64,000 bases of DNA from Stylophora pistillata (Eukaryota), in NCBI RefSeq assembly GCF_002571385.2, contig NW_019218006.1, forward strand, positions 358,140-422,139, written 5' to 3'. The stretch's first letter is position 1. Each line of letters begins with the position of its first letter. The position numbers and the translations under genes are program-made. Under the pieces are notes generated by a model, which made no database searches, was not told the origin of the DNA, and saw only the letters and a list, made by a program, of their open reading frames with translations. Of the stretch, positions 53,212 through 64,000 are shown one piece after another.

Positions 53212-54819
53212 CTAGGCGTGCGTGACTTCGTCTCTTGCGGTTCTCCGTGTCTTACGCGGCTCAAGTGTTTTTACTTCGTGTTCTTGCCAGGTCTTGGTGA
53301 CACTACCCTTCCTCCTGAGTGACTGTTGAGTTTTCTATGATATTTACATCACGACACTTAGTAGAAGAACGCTCTCATCATTTTGAACAATCACTGTTAA
53401 AGTTACCTCTGTAACAGGAATGCATACATCCACGAGACTGTCGTTATAGCCAAGATATTTGTTATTGATGCAGCTTTTCTGATGGCAATATTTTTTCGCT
53501 TTTTTCTGTCTTCTCCCAAATATTTTGTCCCTGATGCATTATCAGTGGTTTCGGTTGGAAAACTGGAGGAGCGTGGTAAAACATCCCTGGGGCTTTGAGC
53601 CTTGGTGAAGTCATTAAAAAAACTTATTGCTTTTTGCGTCTGTGACACCGAGTAAGTAGCTTGTGTTTTTGCAAGGCTGTATGAAAATGCTTCCAATGTT
53701 TGCGTTCGAGATGGAGCTTGTGATACCGAAGCGGCAATTTGTTCAGGAACCAGGCCGTCAAACGTAGCCGTCGAACTTTGCGGCGGAGTGAAAGTGTGCG
53801 TTGTAGCTTTGGTGGATATGCTTTGCGATGGAGTTACGGACAACGAGGGATGAATTGTGGCTGTAAAGAAAGTAGATTAGTCAGTAAACTAGAAACAAAA
53901 CCTTAAAAAAGCTTTACAAAAATCATGATCGTGATAAATGGGCAAAAACTTAATAACGTACCGCACTGATTACAAGTCCGTGGACACTGCTGCCTTATGT
54001 TGTCGTATCTGCCGCAGTAATTTGCATAATCAGAACACTTGTCCAGTTTATCTTGACACAGTGGTGCTGAAGTGATAAGACATATTTAGACCCTGCTTAA
54101 ACGGATAAATGTCAGGTGTGCACAATGGGACGGCTATTTTTAAGATATTATATTGAGCCTTGCACAAAATTCCAGTGAAACAAAAGAAATCGAAACTCCA
54201 GGATATTTCTACGCGCGATATTTGTTCTGTATTGGCGCAAAGGTAGAAATGTAGGAATATTTTTTCATGTGGGGTCAACAACCCTCCTACTTCTAAGAAA
54301 TATCGAAGTTCTAGAGGAAGAGACACTTCTCCTAACTACGTCATCAAGTTTCCTTTGGGGCATTGTCATTATTGCAAACTATTCTGTTTTATGTTTTCGA
54401 GTCAATTGACGATGCCCAATTATGGTGTCGATTGTTACAGTAATTCCGCCGTAGCGATCGGAAGTTTTTACAAAAATTCCCCTCTGTAACAGATTTTTTT
54501 AGTCATCGTACAGTCCTGTGTAAATTGTTAATGAATTTACTGGTAAACAAAAGATGTAAAAGGATTAAAACTGGGAACGTAGTTACAAATGAGATAAGAC
54601 GTGGAAAGATTTTCCCAAGAATAAAGGGAAAGATCTCTACGACCATTTTGAAAATAATGGCATCTTACTAAGTAGGATTATTCTTAACCCCACTGGAGGT
54701 GCATAGATTGGTTGCATTGATAAAGTTCAAAATCTGCCAGAAATTTTCGGCTTACCTGCTACTGTTAGGTGAGCTGAATAAAAGAATACTGAAAAGAAAG
54801 CAAACTTGGCGAGGTCCAT
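53212..54819 (-). CDS. ShKT-domain surface protein A: signal peptide + ShK domain + mucin-like stalk + TM + short basic tail, ~241 aa
   Basis: Exons 54819-54756 (MDLAKFAFFSVFFYSAHLTVA), 54066-53962 (APLCQDKLDKCSDYANYCGRYDNIRQQCPRTCNQC), 53860-53407 (S/T-rich stalk, RKKR, ITNILAITTVSWMYAFLL) and 53314-53212 (RRKGSVTK...EVTHA*). Introns are GT-AG, phases 1/1/2. AATAAA at 52971-52966. Confidence 0.8.
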
Positions 54820-56613
54820 TACTAAGCCCCAGCAAAGAAATCGACCCTGGTGTCAAGTTGAAATGGCTAGATACCGTTCTCTGGGAAGAAGTATCTTATG
54901 CTTTTAAGCACGGGATCATTTATATTTTATTGTATGTCATATAATAGCTGTGAGCTTAGAGAAATCAATTATGACGTCTTTCGGAAGTGGTTTGTATTTC
55001 ACGCGCACAAGAAATTTCAAGAATTCCTTAGTGTTTACCAGCAACAGTAAAAAACATTGTTGCGGATTAATTCTACTTGTAGCTTTGATTCATCGCTAAA
55101 AAAAGCAATGAATACAATTCAAAACAAAGAGGAATTGACAGAAAGACATTTCTTGAAAAAACAATAACAACAAAAAGCATTCCATTCGGCGTATTTTAGT
55201 GTCAGAGCGATTACCAAAGAAGAGAAGTTAATTGACATTAACACTTTCAAATAATTATAATCCATTTCACTGCATTGGAAAGCTAATCAAAAAAGAAAAC
55301 TAGGATTTTTTCTTAAAGGAAAAGTTCAGTTTTCTTTATCCTGCTCGAGGAGGAGATGTGAGCTCGGTCATATTACCCTCTGTACGACCTTGAACACGGA
55401 AACTTTTGTTTGCGATGTGAAAAATTTTCAGCGCCGGTTTGTTTGCTGTACGATTCCTGGAAGATGAAATAACTTCACTTTTTTTCTCAAGAAAGGCCGT
55501 CCCCTTACCTCAGGATAACGTTATAAACAGCTGTGTAAGCAAATCGACACGAAGTAAGCTTGGGCTCAATTTAATTCGTTGTATTGCCTTTAGGTTGATG
55601 AGAGAAAGAGAAAATCTGACCTTTATTTTGTCTCGATGAGGAAAAACGAGAGAAATAATCATACTCTGGAAATATAGGATGGAGTTCGCGCAAAAGGCTT
55701 TGATGCAGTCTCATATCGGCGCGACCCAGCATGGAAGCATAAGCTTATCTATCTAGAGGGTTCTTAGTGTGTGGGTTGAGGCAATCTTCTAAGCATTTGA
55801 TAATTCCAAATACGCCAAATCAATAGGATTAGGTGGAAGTATCTATTAGCGTGCGCGACATTACGGATTTCGGCGATACAATAAAAGTGTTCAATAACGA
55901 CGGTTTCTGATGACCCCAACTCAGCAGTTTGATTCAGTAATAATGAGTATGATAGGATGAAGATGATGTCAAAATCATAATAATGATACGAGGTGACCGA
56001 ATCAAATTAGCTTCAGGGAAATTTATCATTAGTTTGCTCCCTCCCAAAAACAAACATCTCTCGCGCCATTCTGTTGAAAGTTCGAAGGGGACGGGCGCAG
56101 CCCAAAGCCAACTTGAGGGCCATAAAATCCAATTGAATTAACGGATTTTGATAGCAAAGTATTTCTGTCTACGAAAGTTATATCCTAATAATTTGAAGAG
56201 GTTATTTCCTGTCAGATTAAAAATGGGTATATTTCTTAACTTGTCACCTTATGCTTAGAAAAAAACGGAAATATTTATGATTATAAAAGTTGTCCCAGTC
56301 GAGTACAGAAGACTTCAACTTTCCCTCGACTTGACAAAAGGAAAGTTCAGTCTTGTGAGTCGCTATCAGGAAAGGCACTGAGAACACAAGTTAATTAAAA
56401 GTATGTGACCGGGTAAAAATGGCAACGGAAAAGACGGAACATGGGAGTGGCTGACGGAAGGGCGAGGAGCAGAAGCCTAGGAAATGCTACTTTTCAGTAA
56501 TACGTCTAGAAACGTCTACACTACAGGGATATAGTTTTTGGTAGCTCATCATTGGGGTAAGCCTCGGAAGAGGGTGTATCTACCGTTTACTCACGTCAGC
56601 TCATTTAGTTAAG

Positions 56614-56896
56614 AAAAAAAAAAAGTCTTTTTATAGGATTACACAATTACTGGTGAACCAGTAGTTTCCATTGTGGTCCTTGCAAACAAATGAAACAAAT
56701 GGTCTAAATTGAACATAACATCATTAAGAACATCATTAAGAACCCCAACCGGTCGGAGGCAAACCAGTTGGCTATTTACAAGCGTGGCCAAGGATCTGAA
56801 CTCGGGGCTACCGTGAATCAAATCTAGTGGTCAGGGTGGAACTCGAACCCGGGAGCGGCGGATTACGAGTCCGACACTCTAACCACTCGGCCACAC
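56614..56896 (-). mobile_element. tRNA-derived SINE, near full length, ending in oligo(T)
   Basis: On the - strand: A-box tggccgagtgg, B-box ggttcgagttcc, core ccacgcttgtaaatagccaactgg, a 12-bp internal duplication and 3' end ...aaagacTTTTTTTTTTT. Confidence 0.88.
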
Positions 56897-58079
56897 AGTA
56901 ACGAAGGCTTTCCATTGGTCAACCTTTAGTTTATTCCCGTGTTTCATTTGTGATATATACCCCTCAATTCTGTCTCTGTTTTGTACCGTCATGCGCGTAT
57001 GGCTCTGACAGACACTTGAGAGGCTGATGAAAACTGATTTTTTGTTGACCTCAGCCGGACTAATGTGATTAGAACCACAAAATTTAGTTCATCCAGTTGT
57101 TCTTTCAAAAAGTTATTGCTAGAAATACTAAGATTTGCAAGCAGATAGCGGACTGGTTGTAAGAAACTTTGAAAGTTTCTTATAACCAGTCCGCCAGGCA
57201 TTTTTTTAGATTCGTGATCGCTCAAACAAAAAAGTTATTACGAAGCAACAACTTTACAGCGCGTGAAGGATCTGATAAAGGCTTAAGAAACCAATACTCA
57301 ATATTGTTTTTCTTTGACAAGTTTTCTAGGAAGTGGAAATTGAAGTTTATAGCCTACGGGTCAAGCGCGAGACGACCTCGAAGACTACGCGCGCGTAGCG
57401 AGACTCCAGCGGTAAGTGCTGACCCTCTCGTTCTTCTTTCAGCTCTCGAAGCCTGTCGAGAGACGATTGACAGGTTAGAAGATGCGATGTCTTTCCTTCA
57501 GAAGCCCGCTTGACTTAAAAAAACCTGACGTATCAGTTTCTTGAACAAGCAGACTTGTCGAGGCGAAACTGGATTCAAGGCGGGTAAAGTGAAATTCCAC
57601 TCGTCATGCCAGTTTTTGTTAACAGCTTTAACAAGTTTTGTGTGCTTTTGTGAGTACTGAGTAAACAGTGTTGACACTTGTCGAGGAAAACGTGTCGGTG
57701 TATTTGCGGCGGACTATCTAGCTTCAGATCGTAAACTTCCTAGGTGTCCCTTGCAAACAATGGACTTACAAGCTTGCAGTAACCATAATTTTTTCCTATT
57801 GAAATGTGCGTTTTAACCTGTTTTCACGGGGAAAAAATTTTTGCTAAACTTAGCGAACTTTCTCTCAAACCTGTTACATAAACAAAGTTCCTTATTTTTT
57901 CATCAATTGAAAGCACGTGAAAGACCACCCCGAAATCGAACTAACGAAAATATTTGACTCAAGAGGAAATTGTATCCACATTTTATTTGTCCTCTCTTGA
58001 ATTGCTTCGAGGCTAACGAGGGTGACTTAGTCAGACTAATTTCTGAGTGGACAGATAACGTTCAGTTCCTTCTGTAAGA

Positions 58080-61000
58080 ATGCTGCTCCCATGCGAAAAA
58101 TCTATTTGTCTAATTACGGCGTTTCTTCTAGTAGGCGGCACAAGAACAACTGCAACAGGTATTCTGACGCACTTTTTTTAATTGCTGGGTGAGAAGAAGT
58201 AGAAAAATGATGGCTTCACTTTCATGCTGAAGGTTACTTGTGATTTATTATGATGTCTTGTTGAGTTATAATTGAAAAAGAGTTTCTTTGAAAAGACTTG
58301 GAAGTATTTTCGCTATTGCATAAATAGCGCTCTCTACTGCGAGGATCGTGCATCATACGTACTTGGAAGTAAAGTAAATCGTTATAATTTCATCGCTGTT
58401 TAAGGAAGAAATACGTCATTAAAAAAAATAAACCGGCTAGGACGAATCCTTCCTACTTGTGAACAATGTTGTCAAATATAGCAAGAAAGGCACATGGCGG
58501 TATTAAACATTACCGCTGATATATGCAGTCTTGTATATATGTCGATAAATGGCTAACGGTCAAAACACGCAAGTTACTTGTTCTCTAAGAATTATGAATT
58601 TTTCTTGATTTGGACCGACGACTTGAACAGCACTTCTTTTGTTGGTTGCAACGTCTTTAGGTAGGATAGAATGTACTCACTAAATAACGATGATTGCAGA
58701 ACAACATGGGAAGCGAGAATCATGGATGAAAATGTTCTTCTTTCGCGGTTAATTGGGCTAGCCTTTCAGAATTCAGTTTTACTGTCTTCTATTATACGTT
58801 CTATATGGATTATACTGCGTGGTCCAGGTTTAAACAAAATTTTTGTCATGTGGGGAATTAGTGAGGAGCCCACACTGTCACTGTTCTCTTCCAGAATTTA
58901 TTTCTCAGAAAAGCAGGCAGGACAACGTTACGCGAAGTCAACCTCGTTCCCAGGGTCTCTCATCTTCCCCTCCCCTGGAGCGAGCGAGGGGGACGGGAAG
59001 ATGAGAGACCCCGGGAACGAGGTTGACGCGAAGTCTCTGGCCGACTAAAAACTACTCACAATGATTTACTTATTTCATGAACACACCTTGATCAAAATGT
59101 AAGTTGATTGGCTGTAAAGTTCTTCCTAACAAAGATAAACAAACTGATTTATCGGAGCGGACAGATCGAGACACTCGATTTCCGGCAGATAATTTTGAAT
59201 CTTTACAATACTAATTATCCTGTTTCCGACAGTCACACCTGGGTAAAATCTCCGTCTATGGACGATCTGTTGTTGTTGTTGTTACTGTTGGTTTCAAATC
59301 TTCCAACTGACCAAGGAACGGGATAGGGAAAATTGAAATCATTCCTTTTGCTTCCCCCTTCTTTCAACCTCTTTAGGCCTTTATTTCAGCTTTTATTCTG
59401 ACTTTTTAGGTATCAAGTACTTTTTGGCAACTTGTCCTCGGCAGAACTGTGATTCAGTGTGTGCAACATTTGGTTTCCAATGTGCTAAAGCGGGACAAAG
59501 CTTTCCAGCTTCATCTGCTTTGCCTATATTCGAATCTTTGGGAGTTTCGTGCAAAACTATCAACGGCACCGAACAATATCAAAATGGAGAGCAACCGTGT
59601 TACTTTGCGGAGTCTCACGTCCTGGAATGGGTCGGAGTGTGCGTCGGATTTAAGGGTATCCCTGAAACCATTGACTGCCACATAGCCAACAACCCTTACA
59701 TCCGCAGGTTGTGTCCATGTTATGATCCTACAGGTAAGGCTTCTTGTGGGTTATTCTAGGGCGCTTTCTCTTCAGATCACCAATAAAAGTTGGTTCAACT
59801 GCCAACGCGTCTTGAAATAACCAAGGTTTTGTGCATTTGAAAGGTCCGGTATTCCGACTAAACCGGCCAACCTTTTGAATAATGGAGCGGTTAAACTTGT
59901 TTTTTTTTTTCCAAAAGCTACTCCAAGCCCGAATATATCCGGTAAACCACCGTATACAACAAAACCTCTCAAGACGAACAGGGCCGCTCTATCTACAGCT
60001 GACAACAAAGACCATTCGGAAGCTAATCCTTCAGAGCAGCAGATAGCCCAGATAGGCACAAGCGGCAATGCTGATAGAACAGTTCTCATTGTTTTGGCCG
60101 TTATTGCCGCTGTATTAGCGCTCTGTCTTTTGGGATTAGCAGTTCTCTTTATGCGGAATAAGAGAAAATTTATCAGGTAATTCATATCAAATAGTTATAA
60201 GCTAATTTATGCAGTTGTTTCTTTTCTCGAACTTTGGTCGTGTTTTTGGACGTGGACTTGTGTCAGTTTAATGTACAGTGTAATAATTTATCCTGGATAT
60301 CTTGAGCCCCTATTATTGAGCCCCTATTACATATGAAGCCATCGTTGCTGCTAACCACCATTTCAAGGTCGGGGTTAAAGGAATCGAAATTCTAAGCACA
60401 ACACCTCAATGATAAATCAAGTTGTCTATGCGAAATGCGTGGTTTCCTACAGCTTATCGTCACAGTTTCCACTGTGGCCCCTTAAACGAGTTGCGTTTCA
60501 TTTTTTGGATCCTTAATCGCTTTCATTTTGTCATTCGCAATCCATTTCTATTTTCATTATTCTGAACCTTCTCGGGTAATTTCTTGGTCAATCCACGTCC
60601 GGCTTTTTTGATACATGTCTTCCCTGAAGGTAAACTATTGATTCACTTTTTTTTTAAGTTTAAGTGAACGCAGTTTACAAGGGCCCTGTCCAAAATAACT
60701 AAGAATATCTTAAATATCTTTTTGTAATAATTGACATTAACAGCTCTTTTGCATCCAATTGTCCCAAACCTAAAGGGCTACCCATGGCCAACCAACATTG
60801 GTTTATTTCTTATTGTAAGAATAAAATACAGACTATCCCCTTCTTAGCCAGAAAGGAGACAGATGTCCACAACGAAAAGCTTAATGTCAAATTTAGCAAC
60901 AACAAGAACGATGCAGTCTTATCTGATATGATGGATGGTTTAGCTGTTGAGAATGAGACTGATGAAGAAACTAGGTGGGTGATGTGTTAATCATATTGTG

Positions 61001-62198
61001 ACATTGTATACCTGACAACATAAGGTCTTGAAATGGTTGAAATGTTCTCAATTCCTGAATATACAGCAACTGCGAAATGAGATCGGTTAACTTCTCCCTA
61101 CAAAACACAAACTTGAAGACTGATTCAGAGCAGAAAGAAAGGTAATAAAAGATATTCCGATTTATTGATAGCAAGCCATTTTGATATGAATTGTGGTTCT
61201 TGTCTCTAACGTTATTCGTTTTCAAAAAACTTAATCTTTTCTTCGATACTGTTGAACTCTAGATATGCGAGCCTACCAGAGAAATCCACAGACAACATTA
61301 TGTATGCAAGGTAGGGTCTTGTTGGTGTCTTTTGCAGTTACACTCAATCAATTCTGGTTTTATTTTGAGGTGAAGAGAAATAATTATCACAGGAATGATA
61401 AGGGGTGCTGTACTGCATGCTCCTTTTAGCTTCATACATTTTTTTAAATCTGCAAAGCCACTCTAATCATGCAAATTACGAATACCTCGAGCTTTTCATA
61501 TATTTCAGCTCGGTATATCTGGATGGACATCATGGTGCTGAAATTTTGGTGTCATGCTATCCACCTTACCATCCAACCGGCTCCGGCCGCGCCCATGTTT
61601 GAAAAAAACTCAACAATTTACTTGTCTTTTTATCTTATCTTTTTTGCTCCTAGCATTACCGAAGAAAAGAATATTTCTTGTGTGTCTGGTAACATCAACC
61701 ACGTGTATGACAGGTGAAGTGAATTTTCAAAAATTATATCTCTTTTAACTTAATCATTTTGAACGGCATAAAATGAAAAACGATGTAAAATAAAAAACGA
61801 TTTAAAACTGTTTTGAACGATGGACAAACCTCATCTTTTATAAGAATAGCAAGACAGTCGCTGGTTTGAACTCATCAGTAGCAAAGAACGAAACAAATGG
61901 ACCTAGCTTTACGCAAGGAAACTGAAACGAAACCAACCGGTCATAACCGATAATGACTTTTGGTATTTGGGTTTTACTGCCGATAAGATTATTGCAAAAC
62001 TGATCGATTAGTTGTCAAAAACCAGACCTATGAGACTCGACAGACAAGCAAATCCACAGTGAACTGTTATGATGACGACCACTTCCGCTCTATAGGACCA
62101 ATTTAAGTACATTGCTTCACTCTTTGTCTGCAACTGGGACCTTCTTATTTCTAATCTTATATATATTTTTTATCTTCTATTGCATCAGATTGGTGTGA
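58080..62198 (+). CDS. Type-I membrane protein: signal peptide + Cys-rich domain (GnT-V/MGAT5 C-terminal-like) + P/T stalk + TM + tyrosine-motif tail, ~300 aa
   Basis: Exons 58080-58158 (MLLPCEKSICLITAFLLVGGTRTTAT), 59410-59733 (10 Cys, NCDSVC...C...RRLCPC), 59918-60176 (stalk, TM VLIVLAVIAAVLALCLLGLAVLFM, stop-transfer RNKRK), 60852-60974, 61263-61310, 61654-61713 and 62189-62198. Phases are consistent. Exons 2-3 are strong; the first exon and last two are tentative (a stop at 61715-61717 is an alternative end). Confidence 0.7.
58939..59025. mobile_element. 87-bp hairpin MITE with a perfect 9-bp TSD
   Basis: TIRs caacctcgttcccagggtctctcatcttccc and gggaagatgagagaccccgggaacgaggttg; ACGCGAAGT at 58930-58938 and 59026-59034. 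Confidence 0.93.
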
Positions 62199-64000
62199 GA
62201 TCATTTTGCTGAACCTCTTATGTCGAAGTTTTATAATCTTCAACAGTTGTGGAATCAGCGTAGCCTAGACTCTGTCATGATCATCATTGTGGTTTATGAT
62301 CTGGCAACAATATCAAGCAAATCAAGACCGCTACCAAATAATTAGGATAAATGTGGTGTGAAAATAGTTTCAAAACTAGATGTCAGACAAATAGGGTGCC
62401 CAAAACGACGCAATAAAAAGTAATTATAACATCTATCCTTTTATGTATTTCCATCCCACAAGGGTGTTTAAATTGTAAACACATCGGTAACAATCCAAAC
62501 ATTGGAACTGAATGCCTAATGACAACCCGTATGAAAGTGAGTTTTAGGAAACCTAGTGTGACAAGGACAGTCGCACTTGAACTCGCTGCCTGTATTCTTT
62601 CCGTTATAAAATGATGGGGGTGAAGGGAACGTCCTACGCACGTTTCACAAACATCAAGAAAATAGAAATAAAGCATCACGAAAAATCGGATATACGAGTG
62701 TAAAATTCACGTAAGAGCAAAAAATTAACAGTTCATGGGGTTTTAATTTCATATTTTCACTGGTCACGAAAATAAAAAAGACTAAATCATTTATCACGCA
62801 AAAACTTCATCCCCCCCCACCCTCAATAATCAAATATCAGTAGCTAACGTTCAGCATTCTGATCGATTAGTCGTCATCCGGCGGTATTTAAAGCACCATG
62901 ACCTTTATTAGTACGTTTTTAAAATGCAAACTGGCGTGTTTTCCTTGGCAGGCAAACTCACTTTTATACTGCTGACGATACTTGTCAAGGAAAACATCAT
63001 GTGCCTCTGCAGAATTTTCCTTGGCCTAATCATCTTCCCTCACGTAGGATAATCTAAATGATTATTTGTTTGTCTGTTAAAAATCTGGCATTTAGACGTT
63101 TATCAAGGAAAATCTGTCATCTCCTTGAGTTAATGCACCTATAGAGGAACAGACTAGTCAGTCGAGTGGCACTTTCTTTCCGTTTATTGGACAGGAGAAC
63201 TGTCTGTGTCACTTAATAATTTGAAGCAAGCGGAATATCGTCGGCATCAAGGCAGATTTACTGAAATCATCACAGTCATCAGTGTAAATAAACTGATAAG
63301 ATGAACACTTTGTTTTCCTTGACTGAAGGACACTTTGTGTCTTTTCGACCAATCACACGATCGATAGACTATGCCCTATCACATTTAGACAGTATAAAGA
63401 TAAACATCCATCACAGTAACCGTGTCAAACGAGGTTGTTTTTATCTTCTCGAAAAAACTGTGAATAATCTCCTTAGATGGCAATCTTTTGTAGCTTGGTC
63501 TTATTTGCGATGTCTTTCGATGTAGCCTGGTGTTTCGTTCACGTTACAGGTAAGTAGGATTTACTTAGTAGTACATTTGGTATCAACTGACTGCACGTTT
63601 TGTTGAAGTACGATGACGATATCTCATGCTGACATATAACTTACCTCAAAATTAGTTCTTCCATTGTGAGCTGTCCCATCGACTTTAGACAGTTTGAGAG
63701 GAAATATATTTTAAAAAGGTTTATCAGCGATGAAAGACACGTTTGAAAGCCAAGACTGGAGCTTAGCTTTTTTTATCCCAATCTTGAAGCTGCGATTATT
63801 GTTTCTGTGGTGACGTTAAATTGACCCGATTGCCGCGGTTCAAATTGGCGCAATGATTTAGATAAGAAAGATAAACAAGTCTAATAAAAAGTATCAATTC
63901 TGCTAAGATTTTACTTGCTAGATGTGTGGGAATTATAAATTCCATAAAGGAAACCAAAAGGACCTCTTAAAGTTAAAATACTTTTAACCAGCAAGACATC

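Noticed and set aside
50727-54819. Single gene with alternative ShK/anchor 3' halves sharing one signal exon
   Set aside because: A separate, related signal-peptide exon exists at 52172-52103 and gene A has its own AATAAA, favouring two genes. The phases would still permit read-through splicing.
56820-56896. tRNA gene (also 24790-24865 and 28050-28130)
   Set aside because: A/B boxes are attached to SINE bodies and no complete cloverleaf with acceptor stem was evident.
59258-59326. MDDLLLLLLLLLVSNLPTDQG as the receptor's signal-peptide exon
   Set aside because: The Leu run is a (TTG)n microsatellite and there is no suitably placed GT donor at its end. 58080-58158 fits phase and splice consensus better.

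Overview
AT-rich, intron-containing animal genomic DNA with four N-gaps. The repeat landscape and gene content suggest a cnidarian, probably a scleractinian coral (inference). All exon models below were assembled by hand from splice signals and reading phase. Left third: a complete 16-exon conventional protein kinase C gene (- strand, 5952-20236, 690 aa) with a GC-AG first intron and a CArG+CRE pair just upstream. Middle: a tandem pair of intronless class-A GPCRs (one intact, one SINE-disrupted pseudogene), then about 14 kb of gap-separated near-copies of a block made of a truncated CR1/L2-type LINE, a spacer and a 27-bp satellite built on the palindrome GGCCACTAGTGGCC. Right third: a cluster of three small spliced cell-surface genes the ORF track mostly misses. 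Two are tandem paralogs of signal peptide + one ShK (ShKT) domain + Ser/Thr stalk + membrane anchor (one TM with a furin-type site, one GPI-like). They sit head-to-head with a type-I receptor carrying a GnT-V/MGAT5 C-terminal-like Cys-rich domain and a tail with three YxxL/I motifs. This cluster is the best candidate for an undescribed system.
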